Positions 27,536 to 37,163 of a stretch of DNA of 64,000 bases are shown here, piece after piece. The DNA lies in NCBI GenBank assembly GCA_965116485.1, contig OZ220692.1, positions 1,443,279 through 1,507,278 of the forward strand, written 5' to 3'. The notes under the pieces are model-generated. The model had not been told where the DNA came from. It saw only the letters and a program-made list of their open reading frames with translations, and did not search any database. The position numbers and the translations under genes were made by a program. Position 1 is the first letter of the stretch. The number at the start of each line of letters is the position of its first letter. This DNA comes from Acidimicrobiales bacterium (GTDB lineage Bacteria > Actinomycetota > Acidimicrobiia > Acidimicrobiales > Aldehydirespiratoraceae).

Positions 27536-29535
27536 GACGACCCGCGCCGCTCCGAGGTGGCCTGCTCAGCCCCGGCTTGCTCGGAGGTGGCCTGCTGAGA
27601 GCCGGCCTGTTCAGAGGTGCGTTGGTCCGAATTGTCATCATTCGATTCGTCCCGGTCGCTCTGGTCGCGGTCGCTCTCATGCCGATCGGTTCCGTCCCCG
27701 CTGTCGTGGTCCGGTCCGTCGCCGTCGTCGCTGTCGTGGTCCGGTTCGTCGCCGCCGCCGTCGTCGTGGTCCGGTGCGTCGCCGTCGTCGCCGTCGCCGT
27801 CGTCGCCGTCGCCGTCGTCGCCGTCGCCGTCGTCGCTGTCGTGGTCCGGTGCGTCGCCGTCGCCGTTGTCGTGGGGTCTGTCCCCGTCTTCGCCTTCAGG
27901 GACCGTGCTGGTTGTCGAAACGCTAGGTGTGCCGTCACACAGGGTTCCCTCCGGGTGGTAGCGGGCAAACACTGTGTCCAAGTCCTTGCGCCCGTCCTCC
28001 ACGTAGGTCCGGGTTCGCTCGGTGTACACGTTGGTGCAGACCAGCCCATGGGGAACGGTCGTCTGGCCTGTCTGCTCTGCGAACACGGTCCGAGTCGAAT
28101 AGAGCTGCACGGTGATCGAATCCTGCGTCACCGTCGGCCATATCAACACCCCGTGGGGCGTGTTGTTGATTATCTGCAGATCCGGAGCGGGGTGCGACAC
28201 GGTCGCTTCGCGGCCGTAGGGATAGCGATCGAGATAGATCGAATGGCTCTGGTACACGCCGAAGTCGAGACCGGCGAAGAAAGCGGCGTTGAACAGGGTT
28301 GTTGCATACTGCGAGATTCCTCCTCCAACCGAGTCGACGAAGACCCCCTCGTAGATCATGCCCGCGGGCACGAATCCATCTTCGACCGTTCGGGGTCCGA
28401 CATACCCGTTGACCGAGAAGGTCTCACCAGGTTCGATCACCGCTCCTCGGGTCAACTCGGCGATGCGGGAGATGTTGATCACACGCTGCTGCCCGGGCAC
28501 GAATCTGGTCGTGAACTGGCCGACCACCTCCCGGATGCCCGACGACTCGGCCCAGGCGACTCCCTTGGCGTCGGGGTCTTCGGTGGGCCGAACCTTGACG
28601 GCGCTCTCTCCTGCGGCGAGAGCCTCAAGAATCCGCTCGCCGGTGTCCTCGGTGCAGCAGACGCTTCCGGGAGAACCGCCGACAATATGGATGTTCTCGG
28701 CGTCGTCGACGAAGAACGTGGTCTCCTGTCCCGGATCGCCGAGGCCGACGAACAGAGCGGCCAAGGTTTCCACGACGGCGTCATTGGCCAGCGAGATCTC
28801 CCCGTCGGGACTGAATTCAACCCATTGACGTAGAGCTTGCGCGGGGATCGAGTGATACTCCGAGAAACCCAGCAACGCCACCTCGATGCCGTCTTTGGTC
28901 AACTCGTTGGCGCGGTCCGCGAGTTCCTTTCCACCGACGTCTATGGCTTCGCTGCCGAGGGTGGGCAACTCGACGAGGTCTTCATTGTCGGCTGTGACTG
29001 CGGCCAGCAGCCGTCGTTCGAGCTCGGCGATGTCGATGATCGGTACCTTGGCGGTGTCGGCGGAGACGAAGACCCCACCAACCAGTTCCACGCCGAGGCT
29101 GTCGGGATCGACCAGAAGAACGGCATTGGCGCCCTCTCCGAGCAGTCCGACCAGATTGCTCCGATCCAGGAAGTAGTGGGGGGTGATCCGGCGGTTCGCG
29201 ACCGGTGAGAACAGCCATCGAAACGGCTGGCTTGCGCCACCGCTCTCGGAGGCTTCGTCAAGGGTGGCCTCGATGTCGATGCCGATGCCCAACTCCGCAG
29301 CGGAGACCGTCACGGAAGCTTGGTCCCAGACCAAGGTCAGGGACTTGTCGAGGGAGGGGTGCGAGGCGAGTCTGAGCGCTGCTTGTTCACGGCTCATCGA
29401 TCCGACCGCGACTTCGTCGACTTCCACCCCTCTCGGGATGTCCTCGCCGTTGACGACATCGTCGATGATCCAGGCGATCACAATCAGGATGACAGTCGCG
29501 GCTATCACCGAGAGGGTGGCTCGCACGGTGCCCAA
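27532..29535 (-). CDS. VanW-family protein with N-terminal anchor, PG-binding-like region and Asp/Gly-rich tail
   Basis: GETFSVNGYVGPRT, GGGISQYATTLFNAAFFAGL, YPYGREATV. Confidence 0.88.
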   Translation of the reverse strand: MGTVRATLSVIAATVILIVIAWIIDDVVNGEDIPRGVEVDEVAVGSMSREQAALRLASHPSLDKSLTLVWDQASVTVSAAELGIGIDIEATLDEASESGGASQPFRWLFSPVANRRITPHYFLDRSNLVGLLGEGANAVLLVDPDSLGVELVGGVFVSADTAKVPIIDIAELERRLLAAVTADNEDLVELPTLGSEAIDVGGKELADRANELTKDGIEVALLGFSEYHSIPAQALRQWVEFSPDGEISLANDAVVETLAALFVGLGDPGQETTFFVDDAENIHIVGGSPGSVCCTEDTGERILEALAAGESAVKVRPTEDPDAKGVAWAESSGIREVVGQFTTRFVPGQQRVINISRIAELTRGAVIEPGETFSVNGYVGPRTVEDGFVPAGMIYEGVFVDSVGGGISQYATTLFNAAFFAGLDFGVYQSHSIYLDRYPYGREATVSHPAPDLQIINNTPHGVLIWPTVTQDSITVQLYSTRTVFAEQTGQTTVPHGLVCTNVYTERTRTYVEDGRKDLDTVFARYHPEGTLCDGTPSVSTTSTVPEGEDGDRPHDNGDGDAPDHDSDDGDGDDGDGDDGDGDDGDAPDHDDGGGDEPDHDSDDGDGPDHDSGDGTDRHESDRDQSDRDESNDDNSDQRTSEQAGSQQATSEQAGAEQATSERRGSS
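27545..27890 (-). repeat. Low-complexity coding repeats (DHDSDDGDG-type and SEQAG/SEQAT-type)
   Basis: Recurring GTCGCCGTCGTC, GTCGTGGTCCGGT and GAGGTGGCCTGCT units on the + strand. Confidence 0.85.
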
Positions 29536-29587
29536 TCGTATAGGCCGCGACTGTTCAAAAGAGGCCCGAAAGAGGCTAAAACGCGCC

Positions 29588-30253
29588 CTAAAACAGTCTC
29601 AGGTTGGGGGATTCGATGCCGCGTAGTTCGTCGTAGTCGACCTCAACGCACTCGATCTCGCGGTCGGTGGCCAGCACCTTCGCTTGCGGCTTGATCTCCT
29701 GGGCGACGAACACGCCCCTCACCGGCCTCAGCGCCGGGTCTCGGTTCAAGAACTCCAGGTAGCGGCTGAGCTGCTCTACGCCGTCGATCTCTCCTCGGCG
29801 TTTCACCTCTACGGCCACGGCCACTCCGTCGGCGTCGCGGCACATCAGGTCCACAGGTCCGATGCTGGTCGGGAACTCACGGCGCACCAGGCGCAGCCCC
29901 TCGGTGATCGATGTGGGGTCGTCGGCTAGGAGCTCCTGCAGGTGCGCTTCGACGCCGTCCTTCTGCAGACCAGGATCTCGCCCCATCTCAAAAAACGTGT
30001 CGCTGACCACCTCGTGGAGAGTGATCGTGAGGACTTCGCCCTTGGGGTTCGTCACGGTCCAAATACCCTCCTGCGTGTTCTCTACGAGCCGGTTCGGGGG
30101 ATTCATCCAGTTGAGCGGTTTGTAGGCGCCGCCGTCCGCGTGGATCGCCACGCTGCCGTCGGCTTTGACCATCAGCAGGCGCATCGCCTCGGGCAGGTGG
30201 GCCTGCAACCTCCCGTCGTAGTCGACCGTGCAGCGAGCTACGACAAGACGCAT
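29588..30253 (-). CDS. nucS: Mismatch-specific endonuclease NucS/EndoMS
   Basis: [55 protein letters not shown]. Confidence 0.96.
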   Translation of the reverse strand: MRLVVARCTVDYDGRLQAHLPEAMRLLMVKADGSVAIHADGGAYKPLNWMNPPNRLVENTQEGIWTVTNPKGEVLTITLHEVVSDTFFEMGRDPGLQKDGVEAHLQELLADDPTSITEGLRLVRREFPTSIGPVDLMCRDADGVAVAVEVKRRGEIDGVEQLSRYLEFLNRDPALRPVRGVFVAQEIKPQAKVLATDREIECVEVDYDELRGIESPNLRLF

Positions 30254-30288
30254 CCTCCAATGCTACCGGCGCGGACTGACCCGGGTCT

Positions 30289-30966
30289 TCAGTGCGAGTC
30301 GGACTCTGCTTGGGCGTCGGGGTAGACGTAACGGATCAGGCCGACGGCCAGTACCAGCCCGACCAGTTGCATGACGATGAACATCGGCGCGGAGGCGGGC
30401 TCGATCCCTGCGAACGTGTCGGAGAACATGCGCCCGATCGTCACCGCCGGATTGGCGAAGCTGGTGGAGGAGGTGAAGTAGTAGGCCGCGCCGATGTATG
30501 CGGCCACCGAGCCGGCAACGAGTCGGAGCCGACCGGTGCGTACCAGCGAGAAGATGAGGGCCACCAGACCGACGGTTGCGATCACTTCGCCGAGCCACAG
30601 GTGTCCGGCTGATCGGGTCTTGGTTGACCAGTTCACTGCGTCCAAGTCGAACATGAGGTTGGCCAGGACAGTGCCGACCACGGCACCGGTGATCTGGGCG
30701 CAGATGTAGGCCAGGACGTGACGCCGGGGGAAACTCCCCAACGCCCAGTCGGCCAGGGTCACTGCGGGGTTGAAATGGGCTCCTGAGAGCGGGCCGAACA
30801 TGACGATTATGGCCAACAGCACGCCGGCGGTGGCGGCCGCATTCTGGAGGAGTTGCAGGCCCACATCGTCGGGTGAGAGGCGCTCGGCCATGATGCCCGA
30901 GCCCACCACGCCGATCAGCAGAAAAGCTGTTCCCGTGGCCTCCGCAGCGAGTTTGCGGTTCAACAC
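30289..30966 (-). CDS. MIP/aquaporin-family channel (AqpS-like)
   Basis: SGAHFNPAVT and TSSTSFANPAVT NPA motifs; GTG start at 30966 overlaps the cysQ stop. Confidence 0.9.
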   Translation of the reverse strand: MLNRKLAAEATGTAFLLIGVVGSGIMAERLSPDDVGLQLLQNAAATAGVLLAIIVMFGPLSGAHFNPAVTLADWALGSFPRRHVLAYICAQITGAVVGTVLANLMFDLDAVNWSTKTRSAGHLWLGEVIATVGLVALIFSLVRTGRLRLVAGSVAAYIGAAYYFTSSTSFANPAVTIGRMFSDTFAGIEPASAPMFIVMQLVGLVLAVGLIRYVYPDAQAESDSH

Positions 30967-31784
30967 GTCTGTTGTGAGGCGAATTTCGCCAGGCTCGCCA
31001 GTGTCGGCTCTGCCAATTCCCGATGGCAGACCAGCAGATCGGGGAGATATGGGTCCGCTTGGTTGTAGAGCAGTTCGGAACCGTCGATCCGGCTTACATG
31101 GCAGCCCGCCGCTGCGGCCACGGCCACCGGTGCGCAGGAGTCCCACTCGTACTGGCCTCCGCTGTGGGCGTATATCTCGCACTCGCCGCGGACCACAGCC
31201 ATCGCCTTGGCGCCCGCGGAACCCATCTCCACCAGATCAGCGCCGAGGTCTCCGGCAACATGAATCGCCGCAGCAGGGGGTCTTGTGCGCGAGACGATCA
31301 ATCGCACAGCAGAAACACGGGTGGGGGGAAGCGAAGGGGGATCGGCGGTGCTGAGCAGCAATCCCAGAGCGGGAAGTGCCACCGCGCCGGCGATTGGACG
31401 GTTGTTGGCCACCAGCGCCACGTGGACCGCCCAGTCGGTGCGGGGAACCTCTGAGAACTCGCGGGTGCCGTCGAGCGGGTCGATGATCCAGGTGCGTTCG
31501 GCATCGAGGCGCGCGAGATCGTCCTTGCCCTCCTCGGACAGGATCGCGTCGTTAGGCCGCGCCGCTTGCAGGCGTTCCATCAGCAGCTCGTGAGCCTGCC
31601 GGTCGCCTTGGGCCTTGAGTACCGCCGGCGGCGCGTCCTGGCCGTGCAGGCGCGCGCGGAGTCCAACCAGGAGTCGACCTGCTTCGTCCGCGAGTTGAGC
31701 CGCGAGACGATGGTCCTCCATCGAAGCGTTGATTGGTGCTGTGTTGATGGCAGAGATTTCAGCAGTCGCCTTGTCGGCGGACAA
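30960..31784 (-). CDS. cysQ: 3'(2'),5'-bisphosphate nucleotidase
   Basis: ILSEE, WIIDPLDGTREF, QYEWDSCAP; next to cysDNC. Confidence 0.9.
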   Translation of the reverse strand: MSADKATAEISAINTAPINASMEDHRLAAQLADEAGRLLVGLRARLHGQDAPPAVLKAQGDRQAHELLMERLQAARPNDAILSEEGKDDLARLDAERTWIIDPLDGTREFSEVPRTDWAVHVALVANNRPIAGAVALPALGLLLSTADPPSLPPTRVSAVRLIVSRTRPPAAAIHVAGDLGADLVEMGSAGAKAMAVVRGECEIYAHSGGQYEWDSCAPVAVAAAAGCHVSRIDGSELLYNQADPYLPDLLVCHRELAEPTLASLAKFASQQTC

Positions 31785-31885
31785 ATCGGCTGCTCCTGCG
31801 GCCCGCGGGCCGGATCAGAACCCTTGCTGTGGCCCGTGGTTTCGCCTGTTCGTGATGTGGGCGGTCGTGCGATGGCGGACCTAGC

Positions 31886-32800
31886 ATGACTCCGATGTCG
31901 TTCGATCTCACCCATTTGCGTCAACTGGAGGCGGAGTCGATCCACATCTTCCGTGAGGTGGCCGCGGAGTTCGAGATTCCCTGCCTGTTGTTCTCGGGCG
32001 GCAAGGACAGCATCGTCATGCTGCACATCGCCCAAAAGGCATTCTGGCCTGCAAAATTGCCGTTTGCGGTGATGCATGTCGATACGGGCCACAACTTTCC
32101 CGAGGTGCTCGAGTTCCGGGATCGTCGTGTCGCCGAGCTCGGGGCGAGGCTTGTGGTCGCCTCTGTGCAGGAGGCGATCGATGCTGGAATGGTCACCGAG
32201 GAGACGGGTCCGCGAGCGAGCCGCAATCGGTTGCAGACAGCGGTGCTGTTGGATGCGATCGAGCGGCACCGTTTCGATGCGCTGTTCGGTGGCGCCCGCA
32301 GAGACGAGGAGAAGGCGCGTGCCAAAGAGCGGGTGTACTCGTTCCGTGACGAGTTCGGCCAGTGGGACCCGAAGAACCAGCGCCCGGAGCTCTGGAACCT
32401 CTACAACGGCCGGATCCGGATGGGTGAGCACATCCGGGTGTTCCCGATCAGCAACTACACCGAGCTCGACGTCTGGCAGTACATCAAAGACGAACAGATC
32501 GAGATCCCGTCGGTCTACTTCGCGCACCAGCGCGAAGTGTTCGAACGCGACTCGATGCTGCTGGCCACCGGTCCCTACATCACCCTCATGGACGGAGAGG
32601 AGCCTTTCGTCGAGAGAGTCAGATACCGCACCGTCGGGGACATGAGCTGCACCGGTGCGGTGGAGTCCAGTGCCGACACCCTCGACAAGATCATCGAGGA
32701 GGTGGCGGCGACCCGCATCACCGAACGAGGCGCCACCCGCGCGGATGACAAAGTCTCAGAAGCGGCCATGGAGGACCGCAAGAAAGAGGGCTACTTCTGA
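31886..32800 (+). CDS. cysD: Sulfate adenylyltransferase subunit 2
   Basis: LFSGGKDS, HVDTGHNFPEV, RRDEEKARAKER, KKEGYF. Confidence 0.97.
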   Translation: MTPMSFDLTHLRQLEAESIHIFREVAAEFEIPCLLFSGGKDSIVMLHIAQKAFWPAKLPFAVMHVDTGHNFPEVLEFRDRRVAELGARLVVASVQEAIDAGMVTEETGPRASRNRLQTAVLLDAIERHRFDALFGGARRDEEKARAKERVYSFRDEFGQWDPKNQRPELWNLYNGRIRMGEHIRVFPISNYTELDVWQYIKDEQIEIPSVYFAHQREVFERDSMLLATGPYITLMDGEEPFVERVRYRTVGDMSCTGAVESSADTLDKIIEEVAATRITERGATRADDKVSEAAMEDRKKEGYF

Positions 32801-34056
32801 TGGAGATGCTCCGTTTCGCCACCGCCGGCTCGGTCGATGACGGAAAGTCCACGCTGATCGGCCGCCTGCTGTACGACACCAAGACGATCTTCGAGGACCA
32901 ACTGGAGGCCGTCGAGAGGGCCTCGGTTCAGACGGGCGCCGAATACACGAACCTGGCCCTGCTGACCGACGGCCTGCGCGCGGAGCGCGAACAGGGCATC
33001 ACCATCGACGTCGCCTACCGCTACTTCGCCACGCCGCGGCGCAAGTTCATAATCGCCGACACTCCGGGCCACATTCAGTACACCCGCAACATGGTGACGG
33101 GCGCCTCCACGGCCGACCTGGCGATCGTGCTGATCGATGCCCGCAAAGGCGTGCTCGAACAGTCGAAACGCCATGCCTTTCTGGCTTCGCTGCTGCGGAT
33201 CCCGCATCTGGTCCTGGCGGTCAACAAAATGGACCTCGTCGACTACGAACAGGAGCGTTTCGAGGAGGTGAGGAGCGAATTCCGGGACTTCGCCGCCAAG
33301 CTCAACATTGCGGACCTCGCGTTCATCCCCGTTTCTGCGCTCCACGGGGACAACATTGTCGATCGGTCCGCCAACATGGCCTGGTACCAGGGGCCGTCGC
33401 TGCTGCATCACTTAGAGGAGGTCCATATCGCCTCTGACCGGAACCTGATCGATGCCCGCTTCCCGGTCCAGTATGTGATTCGCCCTCAGTCCGATGAATA
33501 CCACGACTACCGCGGCTACGCGGGAACCGTCGCCGGTGGGGTCTTCCGCGCTGGTGACGAGGTGACGGTGTTGCCGTCGGGCTTCAGCTCGACTGTCAAG
33601 AGCATTGAAACGTTCGATGGCCCGGTCGACGAGGCGTTCTCGCCGATGGCGGTGACGATTCGCATCAACGACGAGATCGACGTCTCACGGGGCGACATGG
33701 TCGTGCGGCCCAACAACCAGCCGACCGTGGCCCAGGACATCGATGCGATGGTCTGCTGGATGAGCGAACGGATCTCTTTGCTTTTAGGCAGCAAGCTTGT
33801 GATCAAGCACACCACCCGCTCCACCAAGGTCATCGTCAGAGACCTCAGCTACCTGCTCGACATCAACACCCTGCACCGCGACGAAAGCGCCGCTCAGTTG
33901 TCGCTCAACGAGATCGGACGGGTGCGGCTTCGCAGCCAGGTGCCGCTGTTCTTCGACGAGTACCGGCGGAACCGTCAGACCGGCAGTTTCGTCCTGATCG
34001 ACGAGGCCACCAACGTGACGGTGGGGGCAGGGATGATCCTCGGGGCCGTGTCGTGA
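32800..34056 (+). CDS. cysN: Sulfate adenylyltransferase subunit 1 (GTPase)
   Basis: LRFATAGSVDDGKSTLIGRLL, ADTPGH, NKMD. Confidence 0.97.
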   Translation: MEMLRFATAGSVDDGKSTLIGRLLYDTKTIFEDQLEAVERASVQTGAEYTNLALLTDGLRAEREQGITIDVAYRYFATPRRKFIIADTPGHIQYTRNMVTGASTADLAIVLIDARKGVLEQSKRHAFLASLLRIPHLVLAVNKMDLVDYEQERFEEVRSEFRDFAAKLNIADLAFIPVSALHGDNIVDRSANMAWYQGPSLLHHLEEVHIASDRNLIDARFPVQYVIRPQSDEYHDYRGYAGTVAGGVFRAGDEVTVLPSGFSSTVKSIETFDGPVDEAFSPMAVTIRINDEIDVSRGDMVVRPNNQPTVAQDIDAMVCWMSERISLLLGSKLVIKHTTRSTKVIVRDLSYLLDINTLHRDESAAQLSLNEIGRVRLRSQVPLFFDEYRRNRQTGSFVLIDEATNVTVGAGMILGAVS

Positions 34057-34122
34057 GGACGGCAGCGCGACGGTCCGTTCGTCGCTGGGGGCGATCCCTC
34101 GGAGCCGTGTCGTGAGGACGGC
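34045..34122 (+). repeat. 19-bp exact direct repeat at the cysN/cysC junction
   Basis: GCCGTGTCGTGAGGACGGC at 34045 and 34104; both copies carry the GTG-TCG-TGA end of cysN. Confidence 0.85.
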
Positions 34123-34128
34123 GCAGCG

Positions 34129-34743
34129 GTGAACGATCTTCCGCTCCACGGTGCCAACATCGTCTGGCATCAGGGTCACCTCTCGCGTTCCCGGCGTTGG
34201 GAGGCCCTGGGCCAACGAGGGGCGACCGTGTGGTTCACGGGTCTGTCGGGTTCGGGAAAGTCCAGCGTCGCGATTGCGGTGGAAGAAGCTCTCGTCGATT
34301 CCGGTCGGCTCGCCTATGTGCTTGACGGCGACAACATTCGCCACGGTCTGAACCAAGATCTCGGTTTTTCTGCTTCGGACCGCGACGAGAACGTCCGCCG
34401 TGCGGCTGAGGTCGGTCGTCTGCTGGCAGACGCGGGAGCGGTTTCGCTGATCCCGCTGGTGTCGCCCTATCGAGCGGCCCGAGCCAATGCTCGGGCGCTG
34501 CACGAAGCAGCGCAGATCCCGTTCATCGAAGTGTACGTCGACACGCCGTTGGCGGTCTGTGAGCAGCGCGATTCCAAGGGTCTGTACGCGAAGGCCCGTG
34601 CGGGCGAGTTGAGAGGCTTCACCGGCATCGATGATCCGTACGAACCGCCGTTGAACCCGGAGCTGCGCCTCGTCCCGGCCGACGGCGATGCTCAAGCCAT
34701 GGCCGGGTTGGTCCTGGCGCTGCTCGACCGCGAGGCACGATAA
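34129..34743 (+). CDS. cysC: Adenylyl-sulfate kinase
   Basis: WFTGLSGSGKS, LDGDNIRHGL, DSKGLYAKAR, FTGIDDPYE. Confidence 0.96.
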   Translation: MNDLPLHGANIVWHQGHLSRSRRWEALGQRGATVWFTGLSGSGKSSVAIAVEEALVDSGRLAYVLDGDNIRHGLNQDLGFSASDRDENVRRAAEVGRLLADAGAVSLIPLVSPYRAARANARALHEAAQIPFIEVYVDTPLAVCEQRDSKGLYAKARAGELRGFTGIDDPYEPPLNPELRLVPADGDAQAMAGLVLALLDREAR

Positions 34744-34756
34744 CTGGAGGTGTCCT

Positions 34757-35698
34757 ATGGGTGTTGAGATGGTTCCGTACGACGAGTTCTCGATGTTCCA
34801 TGAGAACGCCTCTGAGTTCGGGTTGGCCTATGAGGGTCCGCCGGTGGTGCGGCGTGAGCGGGTGGATCTTGCCGACGGACGACACCTGAGCGCTCTGGTC
34901 TGGGGACACGAGTCACCCGAGCTCGTGTTCCTGCATGGCGGCGCCCAGAACGCTCACACCTGGGACACGGTCGCCTTGGCGCTGGGTCGTCCTCTGCTGT
35001 GTGTTGATCTGCCGGGCCACGGACATTCCGGCGCCGCGGCGACGGGTTCTGCTGATGTGTTCGCCAACGCGGCCGACGTCGCTGTCGCGGTGCGGTCACT
35101 GGCCCCCGATGCAAGCGCGGTCGTGGGAATGTCGCTCGGGGGGATGACCATGCTGGCGTTGGCCGGTCATGCGCCCGAGCTGGTGCGTCAAGCCGTGCTG
35201 GTCGACGTGACTCCGGGCGTCGACGAGCAGAAGAGCAGCAACATTGCAGCGTTCATCAACGGACCGGAGAGCTTCGACAGCTTTGACGACCTGCTGGCTC
35301 GGACCATCGAGTTCAACCCGACTCGAACGGTGGCGTCACTGCGCCGCGGCATCCTTCACAACGCCGAGCAGCGCCTCGACGGTTCGTGGGTGTGGCGCTA
35401 TGCACGTTTTCGTGCCAGCGAAACAAAGGGCGACGGTCGCGTGAGCGAAACACGGGGCGACGGTTTCCCAAGATTCGGGGACCTGTGGGATGTCGTGTCG
35501 GATCTGTCGGTTCCGTTGATGCTCGTCCGTGGAATGCGCGAACAGTCGGTTGTGGACGACGCGGATGAGGCTGAGCTGGTTCGCCGCTGCCCGGCCGCTC
35601 GGATCGAGCATGTGGCCAACGCCGGCCACAGTGTTCAGGGCGACACGCCGGTCGAGTTGGCAGCCTTGATTGAGGACTTTGCTTTTTGCCGGGCGTAG
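34757..35698 (+). CDS. Alpha/beta hydrolase
   Basis: FLHGGAQNAHTW, GMSLGG, NAGHSVQGD; GGAGG RBS before ATG 34757. Confidence 0.9.
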   Translation: MGVEMVPYDEFSMFHENASEFGLAYEGPPVVRRERVDLADGRHLSALVWGHESPELVFLHGGAQNAHTWDTVALALGRPLLCVDLPGHGHSGAAATGSADVFANAADVAVAVRSLAPDASAVVGMSLGGMTMLALAGHAPELVRQAVLVDVTPGVDEQKSSNIAAFINGPESFDSFDDLLARTIEFNPTRTVASLRRGILHNAEQRLDGSWVWRYARFRASETKGDGRVSETRGDGFPRFGDLWDVVSDLSVPLMLVRGMREQSVVDDADEAELVRRCPAARIEHVANAGHSVQGDTPVELAALIEDFAFCRA

Positions 35699-35880
35699 GC
35701 GTTGTTGTCGCCGGGCGTAGCCGGAGCCGCGAAGACTTTGCTTTTTGCCGGGCGTGGCCGGAGCCGCGAAGACTTTGCTTTTTGCCGGGCGTAGCCGGAG
35801 CCGCGAAGACTTTGCTTTTTGCCGGGCGTGGCCGGAGCCGCGAAGACTTTGCTTTTTGCCGGGCGTGGCCGGAGCCGCGA
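35672..35880 (+). repeat. Dispersed hairpin repeat, locus C: 4 x 37-bp tandem array plus partial units
   Basis: GAAGACTTTGCTTTTTGCCGGGCGTRGCCGGAGCCGC at 35731, 35768, 35805, 35842; a partial unit forms the last codons and TAG of the hydrolase. Confidence 0.95.
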
Positions 35881-35933
35881 TAGTGCCTGCTCAGGAGGCG
35901 CCGCGGGCGTAGCTGGAGCCCTACAGGGCCTGT

Positions 35934-37163
35934 TCAGGACGCTCCGCGGGTGACGAGCATCGTTCCGGCGACCGGGCCGCCCCCGTTGGCGACCACTGCA
36001 ACCTCGGGTTCGCCCGGCACCTGACGCTCGCCGCCCTGGCCGCGCAACTGGACACAGGCTTCGTGCAGCAGCCCGAAACCGTGCAACCGGCCCGCGGACA
36101 GTTGGCCGCCCGCGGTGTTCAGCGGAAGTTCGCCTTCCAGAGAGATCCGGTGTCCGCCTTTGAGGTAGTCCTTCGCCTCGCCGACGGCGCAGAACCCCAG
36201 GGCTTCGACAGCCATGAGCGCGATGATGCTGAACCCGTCGTACAACTGCGCGGTATCGACGTCGGCGCGGGTCAAGGTGGTGCGCGCCCACATGGTGTCG
36301 GCTGCCGCGCGCAGCGGGGATTCCTCCATGTCGGGGCGTTGATCCCACGACGGCCGCCCGTGCAGCGCGGCGCCGACTGCGTTGATCCCGACCGCTGTCG
36401 TCGGCACATCGGGCGCGTGGTCGCGGTGCGACACGACGAACGCGGTCGATCCGTCGACTGGAACGTCGCAGTCGAACAGGCACAACGGTGTGCTGATCAT
36501 GCGGGCGCTGAGGTAGTCGTCCATGGACATCGGATCGCGGAAGATCGCCTTGGGGTTGAGTCCGGCATTGCGCCGGTTGTTGATCGCGATCTCACCCAGC
36601 GTCTCCCGGGTCGTGCCGTATGTGTGAAAGTGGCGCTGAGCATTCATCGCCAGCCAGTTGGCGGCTGAGACTGCCCCGAAGGGGAGCAGATACTGGAGGC
36701 TCCCGCCCATTCGGGCCCTGCCGCCCCCGCTGCCGGCGCCGCCCATGCCCTGCCGCCCTCCGGAGCCTTGAGCGGTGGACTCCCACACGGTTCGGTACAC
36801 CAGGACGTGTCGGGCCAAGCCTGCCGACACAGCCATAGCGGCGTTGATCACCGCCTGGATCTGGGCGGGGCCCTCATACCCGCCGCTGTGCCAGTTCAGG
36901 TCGAGGCGCAGCGTGTCCTGCACGGCGTCGGTGCCCGGTCCGCCGAAACCCGGGTTGAGTCCGTCCATGACACCTCCCGGATAGGAGGAGAGACCATCGA
37001 TCTCGTCCAGCGTCAGTCCGGCGTCGGCCACCGCGTCGAGGCACGCTTCGACGGTGAGGCTCATTGCGGTCCGGCCCAGCCTTCGCCCCACTTCTGACTG
37101 GCCTATGCCGGAGATGACGGCGTCCCGCTCGCTGCGGTGCCGATGCTTGACGTGCCCGGTCAT
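35934..37163 (-). CDS. Thiolase-fold protein (SCPx/Ltp2-like)
   Basis: ISGIGQS, QLYDGFS, NTAGGQLSAGRLHG; no Cys at the N-terminal nucleophile position. Confidence 0.85.
   Translation of the reverse strand: MTGHVKHRHRSERDAVISGIGQSEVGRRLGRTAMSLTVEACLDAVADAGLTLDEIDGLSSYPGGVMDGLNPGFGGPGTDAVQDTLRLDLNWHSGGYEGPAQIQAVINAAMAVSAGLARHVLVYRTVWESTAQGSGGRQGMGGAGSGGGRARMGGSLQYLLPFGAVSAANWLAMNAQRHFHTYGTTRETLGEIAINNRRNAGLNPKAIFRDPMSMDDYLSARMISTPLCLFDCDVPVDGSTAFVVSHRDHAPDVPTTAVGINAVGAALHGRPSWDQRPDMEESPLRAAADTMWARTTLTRADVDTAQLYDGFSIIALMAVEALGFCAVGEAKDYLKGGHRISLEGELPLNTAGGQLSAGRLHGFGLLHEACVQLRGQGGERQVPGEPEVAVVANGGGPVAGTMLVTRGAS

Noticed and set aside
35672-35880. Possible CRISPR array (37-bp period)
   Set aside because: Units are head-to-tail with no unique spacers, no cas genes are present, and the core matches the dispersed repeat.
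35904-35920. Seventh locus of the dispersed repeat (CGGGCGTAGCTGGAGCC)
   Set aside because: Degenerate and adjacent to locus C, so counted as part of it.
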